Source of the DNA: Candidatus Sumerlaeia bacterium | Lineage (GTDB): Bacteria > Sumerlaeota > Sumerlaeia > SLMS01 > JANRJK01 | Assembly: GCA_033764015.1 (NCBI GenBank) | Contig: JANRJK010000013.1 | Coordinates: 256,001 to 320,000, forward strand | Direction of reading: 5' to 3' | DNA length: 64,000 bases | In this document: in pieces, positions 9,833 to 22,791 of the stretch | Numbering within the stretch: position 1 is the first letter of the stretch | Layout: each line of letters starts with the position of its first letter | Program-made: the position numbers and the translations under genes | The notes under the pieces: model-generated | Database searches by the model: none | What the model saw: the letters and a program-made list of their open reading frames with translations, nothing else | Told to the model about the DNA's origin: nothing

Positions 9833-12800
9833 CCCCGGACCCCCGTCAGTGCCTGGATCGCCGGTGACGGCGCCAACCCCGGACCCGGGGGACCTCCCCG
9901 GCTGGGCCCCTCTGGACCCTGAGCAGTCCTGCGTGCCGCCGGAGCGCCAGCGCAACGCTCCGGCCACGCCGGCCAGCCGCGACTGGACGCATGCCGCCTC
10001 CCCGTGGACCGTCCTCGTGGACAGGCCCTCGTCGGCGCAGTTGGAGCCCACGGTCCCCGGCAGCCCCCAGGGGAGCGATCGCCGTATGGCTGGCGAGCCG
10101 CCCTCCACTCCGGTTCCCGGCGCGTACCGTCTTCGCCGCCGCATCGGCGAAGGCGGCTGCGGCGAGGTCTGGGAGGCTGAGCAGCACGCGCTCTCCCGCC
10201 GGGTCGCCGTCAAACGCATCCGCGCCGACCTCTACGAGCGGATGAAGGAAGACCCCGCGCTCCGGCTGTGGCGCGAAACGGAGTTCCGCCAGGAAGCGCT
10301 CACGACAGCGCACCTCGAACACCCCAACATCGTCCCCGTGCACGACCTCGGCATCGACGAGGCCGGGCGCCCCCTCCTCGCGATGAAGCTCGTCCGCGGG
10401 CGCGCCTGGGGCGACCTGATCAGGGCGGACTTCGAGAAGCTCACTGTCGCCGACCGCCTCGAGCGCCACCTCCCCACGCTACTCTCCGTGGCCCAGGCGG
10501 TCGCCTTCGCCCACTCCCGCGGCATCGTCCACCGCGACCTGAAGCCCGCCCAAGTGATGGTGGGCGAGTTCGGCGAAGTCATGGTGATGGACTGGGGCCT
10601 CGCGGTGTACCTTCCCGAGCACGACGCCCGCCCCGAAGAAGTGCGCCCGCGGGAACTGCGCGACGAGCTGCCCACCGCGGAAACGGCGACCAGCCCCGCG
10701 GGGACCTTCGCGTTCATGGCCCCGGAGCAGACCCGCCCCACCGCCGAGGGCATCGGCCCGGCCACCGACGTGTTCCTGCTCGGCGGCACGCTCTACTACC
10801 TGCTCACGGGCACGCCCCCGCATTGGTCCGACGACGCGCGCGCCGTCTTCGCCATGGCCCGCGGAGGCATCGTCCCGCCTCCGCAAACCCGCCGCCCGGA
10901 GCACGACCTCCCGCCCGAGCTCTGCGCCATCTGCATGAAGGCGCTGGCGCAGCAGCCGGCCCAGCGCCACTCCTCGGCGCTCGCCTTCCTCGACGAGGTG
11001 CGCGGCTTCATGACCGGCGCCTCCCGCCGGCGCCAGTCCGAAGCGCTCCACGCGGAGGCCGCGCGCGAGGCCGACTCCGCGCCCGTCGACGAGGCCCGCG
11101 CCCGCGAACTCCTCGCCAAGCTCGCCGAGGCGGTCCGCCTCTGGCCCGACAACCGCCCGGCCCGCGCGCTCGCGGCGCGGCTCCTCGCGCAACGCGTCCG
11201 GCGCCAGATCGAAGGCGGCGACCTGAACGCCGCGGGCCTCCAGCTCGAGGAACTCAGCGCGCAGCCCGAGGCGGACCGCGAGGAGCTATCGCGGCTCGAC
11301 GCCGCGCTCGCGCAGGCTCTCGCCCGGCGCCGCCGCCTCGCCCGCCAGCGCGTCCACTTCGCCACCGCAGCGGCCCTTTGCGCGGCCGCCGCGCTCGGCG
11401 CCGGCTGGCTCGCCTTCCTCCGCACCGCGGAGGCGCGAAACATCGAGGCGCGCGAACGCGCCCGCGTCGAGATCCAGCGCGACCGCGCCGAGGCCGCGCT
11501 CGCGGAGGCCGGACGCGCCCGCGACGCCTCCGCCCGGCTCGTCGCCTTCATGATCGACGACCTGCGCAAGCAGCTCACCACCGTCGACCCGACGCTCGCC
11601 TCCCTCGACGAGGTCGCCAAGCGCGCCGCGGAGCACTACGCCGCCGTCCTCGCCTCCGCCACCGATCCCACCGAGCTGGCCGAGGCGCGCTCCGGTCTCC
11701 TCGGTGTCGCCACGATCTTCACCACGCAGGGCAACAGCGCGCTCGCCGCCGAGCAAATCGCCCGCGTCGTTGAATGGCTCGAAGCGGCGCCACCCCCCGC
11801 GGACGCGGACCGGCTCCGCGAATTGGCCCGCGCCGCGTCGCAGCTCGCGAACGTCCGGCTCGCCATGGGCGACCCCGACGGCGCGTCGCAGGCCGCCGAC
11901 CGCGCCCGCGCCGCCTACCAGGCGCTACCGCGGCAGGCCCTAGATGAGCAGGCAACCCGGAAGGGCTTCGCCGTTTTCAAGGTCATCGACGGCCAGTTGG
12001 CCCGCCACGCCGGCAATTCAAGCGACGCTCTAAGGCTATTCGAGCAAGCCCGCGACGAACTCGCCCCCCTCGCCGACGGGCAGGACGGGGCAGGCGAGGT
12101 TCTGACCGAGCTCCTCGCCGCCCGCCGCTACTGCGGTTCCGCCTACGCCGAGCTCGGCCGCTTCGAAGACGCCCTCGGCGAGTTCCGCGCCGCCGAAGCG
12201 CTTCTTCGCCGCCAACTCGCCGGACCGGAAGGGGATCCGCCCCAGCTCCGCGCCCTCCTTGCCGCCTCGCTCGCCTTCCGCGCCCAGCTCCACCTGCGGC
12301 TTGGCGAGCGCGCCGAGGCCGCCGCCGCCCTCGACGAGCAGCTCTCCATCTCCGAGGAACTCGTCGCTTCAGACCCCACGCAGCTCTTCTGGCTCAACGA
12401 CCTCAAGCTCGCCAGCGTCCTCCGCGGCGACCTCCACACCGCGAACAGCGACACCGCCGCCGCCGAGACCTCGTACCTGCGCTTCCGCGAACTCGCCACC
12501 CAGCTCGCCGACCGGGACCCCAACAACATGACTTGGCGGGCCGACGCCGCGATCGCCCACAACCGACTCGGGGCGCTCTACAAGAACCTCGGCCGTTTCG
12601 ACGACGCGCAGGCGGAGCTCTTCGCCTACCGCGACGGAATCGCCGAACTCCGCGCGCTCGATCCGGGAAACCGCCGCTGGCGCCGCGAGCTCTCCACCGC
12701 CTCCAACTCGCTCGGCATTCTGATGCTCGACCGGCGCCAGTTCGACGAGGCGCTTGCGCACGCCTCGGACGCCCTCGATGCGACGCTCGAACTCCTCGCC

Positions 12801-13493
12801 ATCGAACCCGCCAACACCGATTGGCGCCTCGATGAAGCCGCAATCCGCACCACGATCGCCCGAGCCCTCCACGTCCTGGGGCGCGACGACGAGTCCCGCG
12901 AAAGCTACCGCCTCGCGATCGCCATTTACGAGGCGCAGCACGCAGCCCGCCCGGAAAACCTTCCGCTTCGTCTCGACGTGGCCCAGCGCCTTCGCGAGTC
13001 CGCCGTCGTCGAAGCCTCCGCGTCGCGCTGGATCGAGGCCGCCGACCGCCTCGCGCGGGCGCGCGACCTTGCGGCCGACGAGGCCGGGAACTACGCCTCC
13101 GCCCGCGCAGCGCGCATGGTCGCCGCTTCGCTCGCCGCATGGGTCGCGATGGAACGCGGCGACGGCGATTCGGCCCGCGCGCTCGCCGCCGAGGCCGCGT
13201 CCGACCTCCAAGCGCTCGACGCCGCCCCGGCCTTCGCTTCCGAACGCCTCACCGTCCGCCTTGAGCTGGCCATCCTAGATGGCGGTATCGAAGCCGCCCG
13301 AGACTCGATCGCGGCTTGGGACCCGGAGGTCGCCAACAACCGCGCTTTCATGCTCCGTGCACTGCTCGTGTGCGCGCTCGGCGACGAGGGCTGCCGGGAT
13401 GCGGTGGAACAAGCCCTCCCGATCGCACCGCGCGACCCGCGCTTCCTGCGCCTAGTCGCGGAACGGTTTCCAGACTTGGCGCCTCCGCGATGA
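9789..13493 (+). CDS. Ser/Thr protein kinase (N-terminal kinase, TM helix, C-terminal TPR-like domain)
   Basis: IGEGGCGEVW, VAVK, HRDLKPAQ, DWG, GTFAFMAPEQ; TM segment FATAAALCAAAALGAGWLAFL; DPxNxxW-type helical repeats. True start may lie further downstream. Confidence 0.85.
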   Translation: MSGPTPPIPSPAGSSPGPPSVPGSPVTAPTPDPGDLPGWAPLDPEQSCVPPERQRNAPATPASRDWTHAASPWTVLVDRPSSAQLEPTVPGSPQGSDRRMAGEPPSTPVPGAYRLRRRIGEGGCGEVWEAEQHALSRRVAVKRIRADLYERMKEDPALRLWRETEFRQEALTTAHLEHPNIVPVHDLGIDEAGRPLLAMKLVRGRAWGDLIRADFEKLTVADRLERHLPTLLSVAQAVAFAHSRGIVHRDLKPAQVMVGEFGEVMVMDWGLAVYLPEHDARPEEVRPRELRDELPTAETATSPAGTFAFMAPEQTRPTAEGIGPATDVFLLGGTLYYLLTGTPPHWSDDARAVFAMARGGIVPPPQTRRPEHDLPPELCAICMKALAQQPAQRHSSALAFLDEVRGFMTGASRRRQSEALHAEAAREADSAPVDEARARELLAKLAEAVRLWPDNRPARALAARLLAQRVRRQIEGGDLNAAGLQLEELSAQPEADREELSRLDAALAQALARRRRLARQRVHFATAAALCAAAALGAGWLAFLRTAEARNIEARERARVEIQRDRAEAALAEAGRARDASARLVAFMIDDLRKQLTTVDPTLASLDEVAKRAAEHYAAVLASATDPTELAEARSGLLGVATIFTTQGNSALAAEQIARVVEWLEAAPPPADADRLRELARAASQLANVRLAMGDPDGASQAADRARAAYQALPRQALDEQATRKGFAVFKVIDGQLARHAGNSSDALRLFEQARDELAPLADGQDGAGEVLTELLAARRYCGSAYAELGRFEDALGEFRAAEALLRRQLAGPEGDPPQLRALLAASLAFRAQLHLRLGERAEAAAALDEQLSISEELVASDPTQLFWLNDLKLASVLRGDLHTANSDTAAAETSYLRFRELATQLADRDPNNMTWRADAAIAHNRLGALYKNLGRFDDAQAELFAYRDGIAELRALDPGNRRWRRELSTASNSLGILMLDRRQFDEALAHASDALDATLELLAIEPANTDWRLDEAAIRTTIARALHVLGRDDESRESYRLAIAIYEAQHAARPENLPLRLDVAQRLRESAVVEASASRWIEAADRLARARDLAADEAGNYASARAARMVAASLAAWVAMERGDGDSARALAAEAASDLQALDAAPAFASERLTVRLELAILDGGIEAARDSIAAWDPEVANNRAFMLRALLVCALGDEGCRDAVEQALPIAPRDPRFLRLVAERFPDLAPPR

Positions 13494-13601
13494 ATGGCCC
13501 GCTCCTTGCCCTTGCTGCGCATGGCTGAGCCCAGAGGGCGCCCGCCCGCGCATCACTGCAACGGCAGGCGCCCAATGGTTCCGCAGCAAAGGCGTTCAAC
13601 A

Positions 13602-13630
13602 TTGACCGCCCCAGCCCGCGAGGGGAACCT
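13602..13630 (+). promoter_or_regulatory. Putative sigma70-type promoter for trxA-nrdR
   Basis: TTGACC-N17-GAACCT, followed by an AGGAG RBS and ATG 13658. Confidence 0.5.
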
Positions 13631-13657
13631 CGACGCATCCGATTAGGAGACGACCTA

Positions 13658-13987
13658 ATGGCAAACGCAGCCGTTGTAATGCTGAGCGACGACAACTTCC
13701 AAGGCGAGGTCCTTCAGTCGCAGAAGCCCGTGCTCGTCGATTTCTGGGCCACTTGGTGCGGGCCCTGCCTTCGCATCGCGCCCATCATCGACGAACTTGC
13801 CAAGGAGTTCGAGGGGAAGGCCGTCGTCGCCAAGCTCGACGTCGACCAGGCCAGCGCCACCGCGAGCGAGTACGGTGTCAGCTCGATCCCCACTCTGATC
13901 GTTTTCAAGGGCGGCCAGGAGGTCGAGCGGATCGTCGGCGCGCTGCCGAAGACCGCCATCGCCAAAGCCGTCAGCAAGCACCTCTGA
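13658..13987 (+). CDS. trxA: Thioredoxin
   Basis: VLVDFWATWCGPC, SIPTL; 109 aa. Confidence 0.95.
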   Translation: MANAAVVMLSDDNFQGEVLQSQKPVLVDFWATWCGPCLRIAPIIDELAKEFEGKAVVAKLDVDQASATASEYGVSSIPTLIVFKGGQEVERIVGALPKTAIAKAVSKHL

Positions 13988-14000
13988 CGCCGCGCCTCCC

Positions 14001-14462
14001 GTGAAGTGTCCCGTCTGCGGGACCCCGGACAGCCGAGTCATCAACTCGCGACCGGCGGCGGGTGACACCAGCATCCGCCGCAGGCGCGAGTGCGTGAACG
14101 CGTCATGCCTCGCGCGCTTCACCACCTTTGAAACCATCGAGCGCGCCCCCCTCTGGGTCATTAAGCGTCGCACCGGCGAGCGGGAGCGCTACGACGCCAA
14201 CAAGCTGCGCTCCGGCGTCGAAAAGGCGCTCGAGAAGCGCGCCGTGCCCGTCGAGGCGATCGACCGCCTCGTCGCCGAAGTCGAGAACGAAGCCCTCTCG
14301 AACGCCGACCGCGAGGTCTCCACGGAAACGCTCGGCATCCTCGTCCTCCGCCGCCTCCGCGCCCTCGACAAGGTCGCCTACCTGCGCTTCCTCAGCGTCT
14401 ACAAACAGTTCTGCGACCTGCAGGACTTCGACACGGAAATCCGGGAACTGATGAAGGACTGA
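14001..14462 (+). CDS. nrdR: Transcriptional repressor NrdR
   Basis: MKCPVC...SR...IRRRREC...RFTTFE zinc ribbon, ATP-cone, DKVAYLRF.SVY. Confidence 0.95.
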   Translation: MKCPVCGTPDSRVINSRPAAGDTSIRRRRECVNASCLARFTTFETIERAPLWVIKRRTGERERYDANKLRSGVEKALEKRAVPVEAIDRLVAEVENEALSNADREVSTETLGILVLRRLRALDKVAYLRFLSVYKQFCDLQDFDTEIRELMKD

Positions 14463-14492
14463 CGGAATCCCGCGTCAAGCGCGGCCGCCGCG

Positions 14493-15401
14493 TCAGCGCC
14501 GCCTCGCGTACTCCGCCTCGAGCAGCTCCCTCGGCGGCAACCCATGGTCGTCGCCCTCCTCGCCGATGCGGTAGCCCGCGACAAGCTGGCCGCGGAGCAC
14601 CGCCTCCTCCGGCGTGTGGCTTCCTTGCAGCGCGGCCAGGAACCCCGCCGCGAACGCATCGCCCGCGCCGGTCACGTTCCGCGGCGCGCGCAGCGGCACC
14701 GCCGGGAAGTGGCGCACCACGCGCTCCGAGCGGTCGCCCAGCAGCGCGCCCTCGGCGCCGAGCGTGCACACCGCGAGGCGCACGTCGAAGTCGTCCCACA
14801 GCCGCCGCACCGCCGCCGCCGCGTCGACCCGCAGGTTCTCGCCGCTGAACAGCACGATGTCCGCGGCGTGCAGGAAGCGCGTGTTGTAGGGCTCGTCCAG
14901 CGAGCCGATCGCTTGCACATCCGTGCAGACGCGGACCCCGGCCTCCTTCGCCGCCAACGCCAGATCGTAGGCCCAGTTGATGTTCGAGGCGTGCAGGATT
15001 CCCGCGCCGGGCAACAGCGCTTGGAGGGCGCTGCGCGGATAAGCGGTCTCCTGGGAATCCTTCAGGTCCGTGAACATCGCGCCGCGTCCGGCGGGATCGA
15101 CCGCGATCACGCTGCGGAGCGTGCGCTCCTGCGCGCGCAGCACGCCCGCGCAGCCGAGGCCCGGCGTCGCGCGTAGCTCGCCCTCGAGCATCGCGCCGAA
15201 GCGGTCTCGCCCCAGCATCGTGGCCAGCTCGACCCGCGCGCCGAGGTGCGCCAGCGCCCGCCCAACGTTGTAGCCGACGCCGCCGATCCGGTCGCGCACT
15301 CCGTGGAACACGAAGCGCGACTTGGCGTAGTCCACCGGGAAGCCTTCGACGGCGAGCGAAGTCTCGATGTTGGTGATGCCTGCTACGATGATCGGGCCCA
15401 T
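14493..15401 (-). CDS. PfkB-family carbohydrate kinase
   Basis: GGVGYNV, TLGAEGA, NVTGAGDAFAAGF; AGGAAGGAG RBS before ATG 15401. Confidence 0.85.
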   Translation of the reverse strand: MGPIIVAGITNIETSLAVEGFPVDYAKSRFVFHGVRDRIGGVGYNVGRALAHLGARVELATMLGRDRFGAMLEGELRATPGLGCAGVLRAQERTLRSVIAVDPAGRGAMFTDLKDSQETAYPRSALQALLPGAGILHASNINWAYDLALAAKEAGVRVCTDVQAIGSLDEPYNTRFLHAADIVLFSGENLRVDAAAAVRRLWDDFDVRLAVCTLGAEGALLGDRSERVVRHFPAVPLRAPRNVTGAGDAFAAGFLAALQGSHTPEEAVLRGQLVAGYRIGEEGDDHGLPPRELLEAEYARRR

Positions 15402-15482
15402 GCGGCGGCCCTCCTTCCTGCGATTCTCCTCGCCCGGAGCGGCGCTTCCCGAGCCATCGTCACCGATCAACGAGGTGCCCCC

Positions 15483-15941
15483 ATGAGTCTCGCGCAACGC
15501 GTCCAGGACAAACTCAAGCAGTCGATGCTCGCCAAGAACGAGGCGAGGACAAGCCCGCTGCGCATGATCCGCGCGGAGCTGCTGAAGAAGGAAAAGGAGA
15601 AGGCCGGCACGGTGCTCGACGACGACACCGTCCTCGCGGTCCTGCAGGCGATGGTGAAGCAGCGCCGCGACTCCATTGACCAGTACCGCGCCGGCGCCCG
15701 CGAAGACCTCGCCGCCCGCGAAGAGGCCGAAATCACCGTCATCGCCGAGTTCCTCCCCGCCGCCATGACCGAGGACGAGCTGCGCGCCGAAGTGGACAAG
15801 GCCGTCGCCGCCAGCGGCGCCGCGACCATGAAGGACATCGGCAAGGTGATGGGCGCGCTGATGAGGGCCGTGAAGGCATCCGGCAAGGCGGCGGACGGCC
15901 AGCGCCTCAACGCCCTCGTGAAGGAACGGCTGAGCTCCTAG
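15483..15941 (+). CDS. GatB/YqeY domain protein
   Basis: MSLAQRVQDKLKQSMLAK...KQRRDSIDQY...FLP...MKDIGKVMG; GAGG RBS. Confidence 0.9.
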   Translation: MSLAQRVQDKLKQSMLAKNEARTSPLRMIRAELLKKEKEKAGTVLDDDTVLAVLQAMVKQRRDSIDQYRAGAREDLAAREEAEITVIAEFLPAAMTEDELRAEVDKAVAASGAATMKDIGKVMGALMRAVKASGKAADGQRLNALVKERLSS

Positions 15942-15991
15942 GACCGGCCCGGCCGGACGCTAGACCCCGCGCCCGGCCGGGACCGCTACGC

Positions 15992-16228
15992 TCAGCCCTT
16001 CAGCGCCTCCAGCGGCGCGCCGAAGTTGATGTGGAACGGTGCCCCTCCGATCACCAGCGCCGGAACCGACTTCACCCCCTCCGACTCCGCCCGCCGCAGC
16101 AGGTCCTTCCGCTCGCCGAGGTGCACCACCTCGATGTCGTAGCGTCGGCTGTCGAGCGCGAGCGCGACCTGCTGCTCGACCTCGATGCATACCGGGCAAC
16201 CAGCGTGGTAAAACGTGGCCTTCACCAT
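15992..16228 (-). CDS. Small thioredoxin-family protein
   Basis: FYHAGCPVC CxxC motif, GVKSVPAL cis-Pro loop; AGGAG RBS before ATG 16228. Confidence 0.85.
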   Translation of the reverse strand: MVKATFYHAGCPVCIEVEQQVALALDSRRYDIEVVHLGERKDLLRRAESEGVKSVPALVIGGAPFHINFGAPLEALKG

Positions 16229-16273
16229 GGAATCGCTCCTTGCGATGGGTTCGCGGGGCTTGCGCCGCCCCGC

Positions 16274-16294
16274 GTGGTCCATTAACTAGACCAC
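16274..16294. promoter_or_regulatory. Palindromic operator-like site in a divergent promoter region
   Basis: GTGGTC-N9-GACCAC with an AT-rich spacer, between the thioredoxin-family and LysR genes. Confidence 0.45.
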
Positions 16295-16297
16295 AAT

Positions 16298-17302
16298 ATG
16301 ACGCCAAATCCAATTACTTCCATTCATGCATCCATCGGCGACGGCGCTCTGCCCGAGCTCCGGGAGCTCCGCTACTTCGCCGCGGTCGCCGAGGAGCTGA
16401 GCTTCACCCGGGCCGCCTCGCGCTGCGGCGTCGGCCAAAGCGCCCTCAGCCAGTCCGTCGCGCAACTCGAAGCGCGCCTCGGCGTGGCGTTGTTCGACCG
16501 CGGCGAACGGCGGGTGCGGCTCACTCCGGCGGGGGAGGTGCTGTTGGACCGAGCAAAGCGCGCCATCGCCGCCGCGCGCGAGGCCGCCGAGGCCATGGAG
16601 CCGTTCTCCGGCGGCGGCGCCGGACGCCTCCGAGTGGGAGTCGTCCAGACCGTCAACGCCCTCGCGGTGCCCCAGGTCGTCGGCGAGTTGGCCCGCCGGT
16701 TCCCCGCCGCCCGCTTCGACGTCCGCGAGCTTCCCGCGGCCGGCGTGGAAGAGCTGGTCGCCACGGGCGACCTCGACCTCGGCGTCGGATTCCATCCCGT
16801 TGCGCGGCCCACGCTCGAACTCCAGCCGCTGGCCCGGGAGGAGATCCTGCTCATCGAATGGCGCGGGCGTGGCGGCCCGGTCCCCGTCGTCGGCGCGGGG
16901 GATCTGGCTGGGCGCGCCCTCGTGCTCCTGGCACCCGCGTTTTGCACCAGGCGGCTCGTTGACGCCGCCTTCGCGGAACATGGCGTGCGCCTTGATCCGA
17001 CGGTCGAAACGAACTCCGTAGAGGGGGCCCTCGCGATGGTGCGCGGGAACGGGTTCGCTACGCTCCTGCCCGAGATGGCGCTCCGGACCCACGCCGGCGC
17101 CGGACTCTCGGGCAGCCGAATCGAGGGCGTCCCGATCTCCCGCCGCCTCCTGCTGCTGTGGCGCCGGAACGGCTATCGTAGTCCGCTCGCGGCGCACTTC
17201 GCCGAGGAGCTGAAGCGCCTTCTCGAAGCTCAGCCGGCGGATAGCCCGTCCAGCCAACCCCCGAAGGCCGCGCGCCCGCGGCGGCGCAGCGACTCGCCGT
17301 AG
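16298..17302 (+). CDS. LysR-family transcriptional regulator
   Basis: ELRELRYFAAVAEELSFTRAA...QSALSQSVAQLE..LG..LFDR HTH plus substrate-binding domain. The 3' end overlaps the convergent gene by 73 nt. Confidence 0.9.
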   Translation: MTPNPITSIHASIGDGALPELRELRYFAAVAEELSFTRAASRCGVGQSALSQSVAQLEARLGVALFDRGERRVRLTPAGEVLLDRAKRAIAAAREAAEAMEPFSGGGAGRLRVGVVQTVNALAVPQVVGELARRFPAARFDVRELPAAGVEELVATGDLDLGVGFHPVARPTLELQPLAREEILLIEWRGRGGPVPVVGAGDLAGRALVLLAPAFCTRRLVDAAFAEHGVRLDPTVETNSVEGALAMVRGNGFATLLPEMALRTHAGAGLSGSRIEGVPISRRLLLLWRRNGYRSPLAAHFAEELKRLLEAQPADSPSSQPPKAARPRRRSDSP

Positions 17303-17934
17303 CTCGCCGCGCCTTCGCGCAGCGCCGCCGGGTGCGGCAGGCCCGGCGCCGCCAGCTCGCACGCGTGCCCCAGCAGCCAGCGCTCCAGCCCCGACGCGTC
17401 CAGCTCCGGGTGGCACTGGAACGCCAGGGCGCTTCCCAGCGTGAACACCTGGTTCGCGTACTTCTCCGATGAGGCCAGGCGCACGCCTCCCGGCGGCAGG
17501 TCGAACGTGTCGCCATGCCAGTGGAACATCATGGCGCCGTCCTCCGCCAGCGGCGCGAGCGGGCCCGCCGGCGTCGGCGGCGTCCACTCGAGCGGCGCCC
17601 AGCCGATCTCCTTCCCCGCCGCGCCCGGATACACCCGCCCTCCCGCGGCGCGCGCGATCATTTGCGCCCCGAGGCAGATCCCCAGCAGCGGACGCCCCGC
17701 CGCCAGACGCGCCTCGACGAGCCGCATTTCGTCCAGCACGAACGGATACTTGTCCTCGCCGGTTGCGTCGATCGGCCCGCCGAGCACCACCGCGAGGTCC
17801 GCTTCCGCCGCCGCCATCGGGTCGTCGTAGCCCGCCTCGATGTAGCGGATCGAGTAGCCGCGCGCGCGCAGCGGCTCCTCGAACGTGCCAAGGTCCTCGA
17901 AGTGGATGTGGCGGATCGCGGCGCAGGAGGGCAT
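17230..17934 (-). CDS. Class I glutamine amidotransferase-like protein
   Basis: VLGGP, LGICLGAQ (nucleophile), WHGDTF, FQCHPE. Confidence 0.9.
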   Translation of the reverse strand: MPSCAAIRHIHFEDLGTFEEPLRARGYSIRYIEAGYDDPMAAAEADLAVVLGGPIDATGEDKYPFVLDEMRLVEARLAAGRPLLGICLGAQMIARAAGGRVYPGAAGKEIGWAPLEWTPPTPAGPLAPLAEDGAMMFHWHGDTFDLPPGGVRLASSEKYANQVFTLGSALAFQCHPELDASGLERWLLGHACELAAPGLPHPAALREGAASYGESLRRRGRAAFGGWLDGLSAG

Positions 17935-18068
17935 GGATCGGTTCCCCGGTTCGGATGGGCGCCATCCTCCACGCCGGGCCGCGCGCCTCCAGCGGGAAAT
18001 CCGTTCTCACCCGTTGCGTTCGGAGTTGGACACTGGCAGGGTCCCGCAACCCTCGCCGGACGTCCGCG

Positions 18069-21724
<3,656 letters not shown>

Positions 21725-21728
<4 letters not shown>

Positions 21729-22378
21729 GGTCCCGCCACCGGCGCCGGCAGCGGCGTCCGCTCCCCCGCGATGATCCATCCCGGGCTGACCGCGCCGTTC
21801 GTCGGGTCGTACGCGACCAGCCCCGCGGACCCCGGCGACCAAGGACCCCGCGCCGCCAGCGCGTACCGCCCGAACCGCTGCTCGAACCAGAGCTGCTCCG
21901 CGGGCGAGAACGGCAGGAAGAACCGCCCCGGCGCGCCCGGCACCGGCGGCGCGATACCCGCCATCCAAAGGCGCCGGTGCGTGTCGATCTCGTGGTAGAT
22001 GTAGCGGTCGCCCCCCGCGCTGCCCCCCGGCGGCGCGAACGGATCCCGGGGCAGATGGCTCAGGTAGCCCCCCGGCGAGCGCAACTCCGGCGGCAACGTG
22101 CCGACAAGCACCGCGCCGTCGTAAAGGTCCGCGCCCCGCAGCAAGGCCCCCCCAGCGGTCATGCGGGGGGCGGTGTTCGTGTCGAGCCGCCAGACCACAA
22201 CCGCCTCGCGCTGCACGCGCAGCTCCGCGAGCGCCCGCGCGTATCGCGCCCGGATGATGCCCTCCGTTAGGCCCGAGTAGGACACGGCGGCCAGCATCGC
22301 GACCAGCCCGACGGTGATCGAAAGCTCCAGCAAGTTGACTCCGCTCCGCCCGCGGATCCCACCGCCCATCCCAGCCAT
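21725..22378 (-). CDS. Type IV pilin / type II secretion pseudopilin-like protein
   Basis: Basic leader, then G|VNLLEL...hydrophobic helix with Glu5; YLSHLPRDPF and C-terminal YDPTNG.VS.G motif; AGGAG RBS. Confidence 0.75.
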
Positions 22379-22522
22379 GGCTCCTCTCCTTCCTGCGCGG
22401 ACCGGACGGGCGGCCCCCGGTTACACCGTCCGTCCGGGATACTGCGCTGGTTGCCGACTGCTACGATGCACACTCCCGAATGCCCAGTGTGGCCAGAGCA
22501 CGATTGTTACGGGGATCGGAGC

Positions 22523-22537
22523 GCATACCTCATGCCG
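22523..22537 (-). promoter_or_regulatory. Possible sigma54 (-24/-12) promoter for the pilin-like gene
   Basis: CGGCATGAGGTATGC has GG-N10-GC spacing; it lies about 145 nt upstream of the start. Confidence 0.3.
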
Positions 22538-22791
22538 CTCCGGGCTATAGCTGATCGCGATCCGGTGAGGTCTGAAAGCAATGGAGTTGTGCGACGGCCT
22601 TGGCGAGCCCCCGGCGCCGGCTCGCACTCAAGGGAGCGCGCGTGCCCGATGCGCCGCGGCAGCGCGCCGGCACCGGGTTGCAGCCCCGCAACACGCCGCT
22701 TGAGCGCTTTCTCTTTGGCACCGTCCGACCCACTGGACCATGGTGCCCATTGTCGGCGCCCCGCGCGCCGCTTCGAAAGGATCGAGTTCCC

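Noticed and set aside
22379..22791. T-box or riboswitch upstream of thrS or the pilin-like gene
   Set aside because: Small hairpins are present, but no T-box consensus or recognisable aptamer could be identified by eye; an Rfam/Infernal scan would be decisive.
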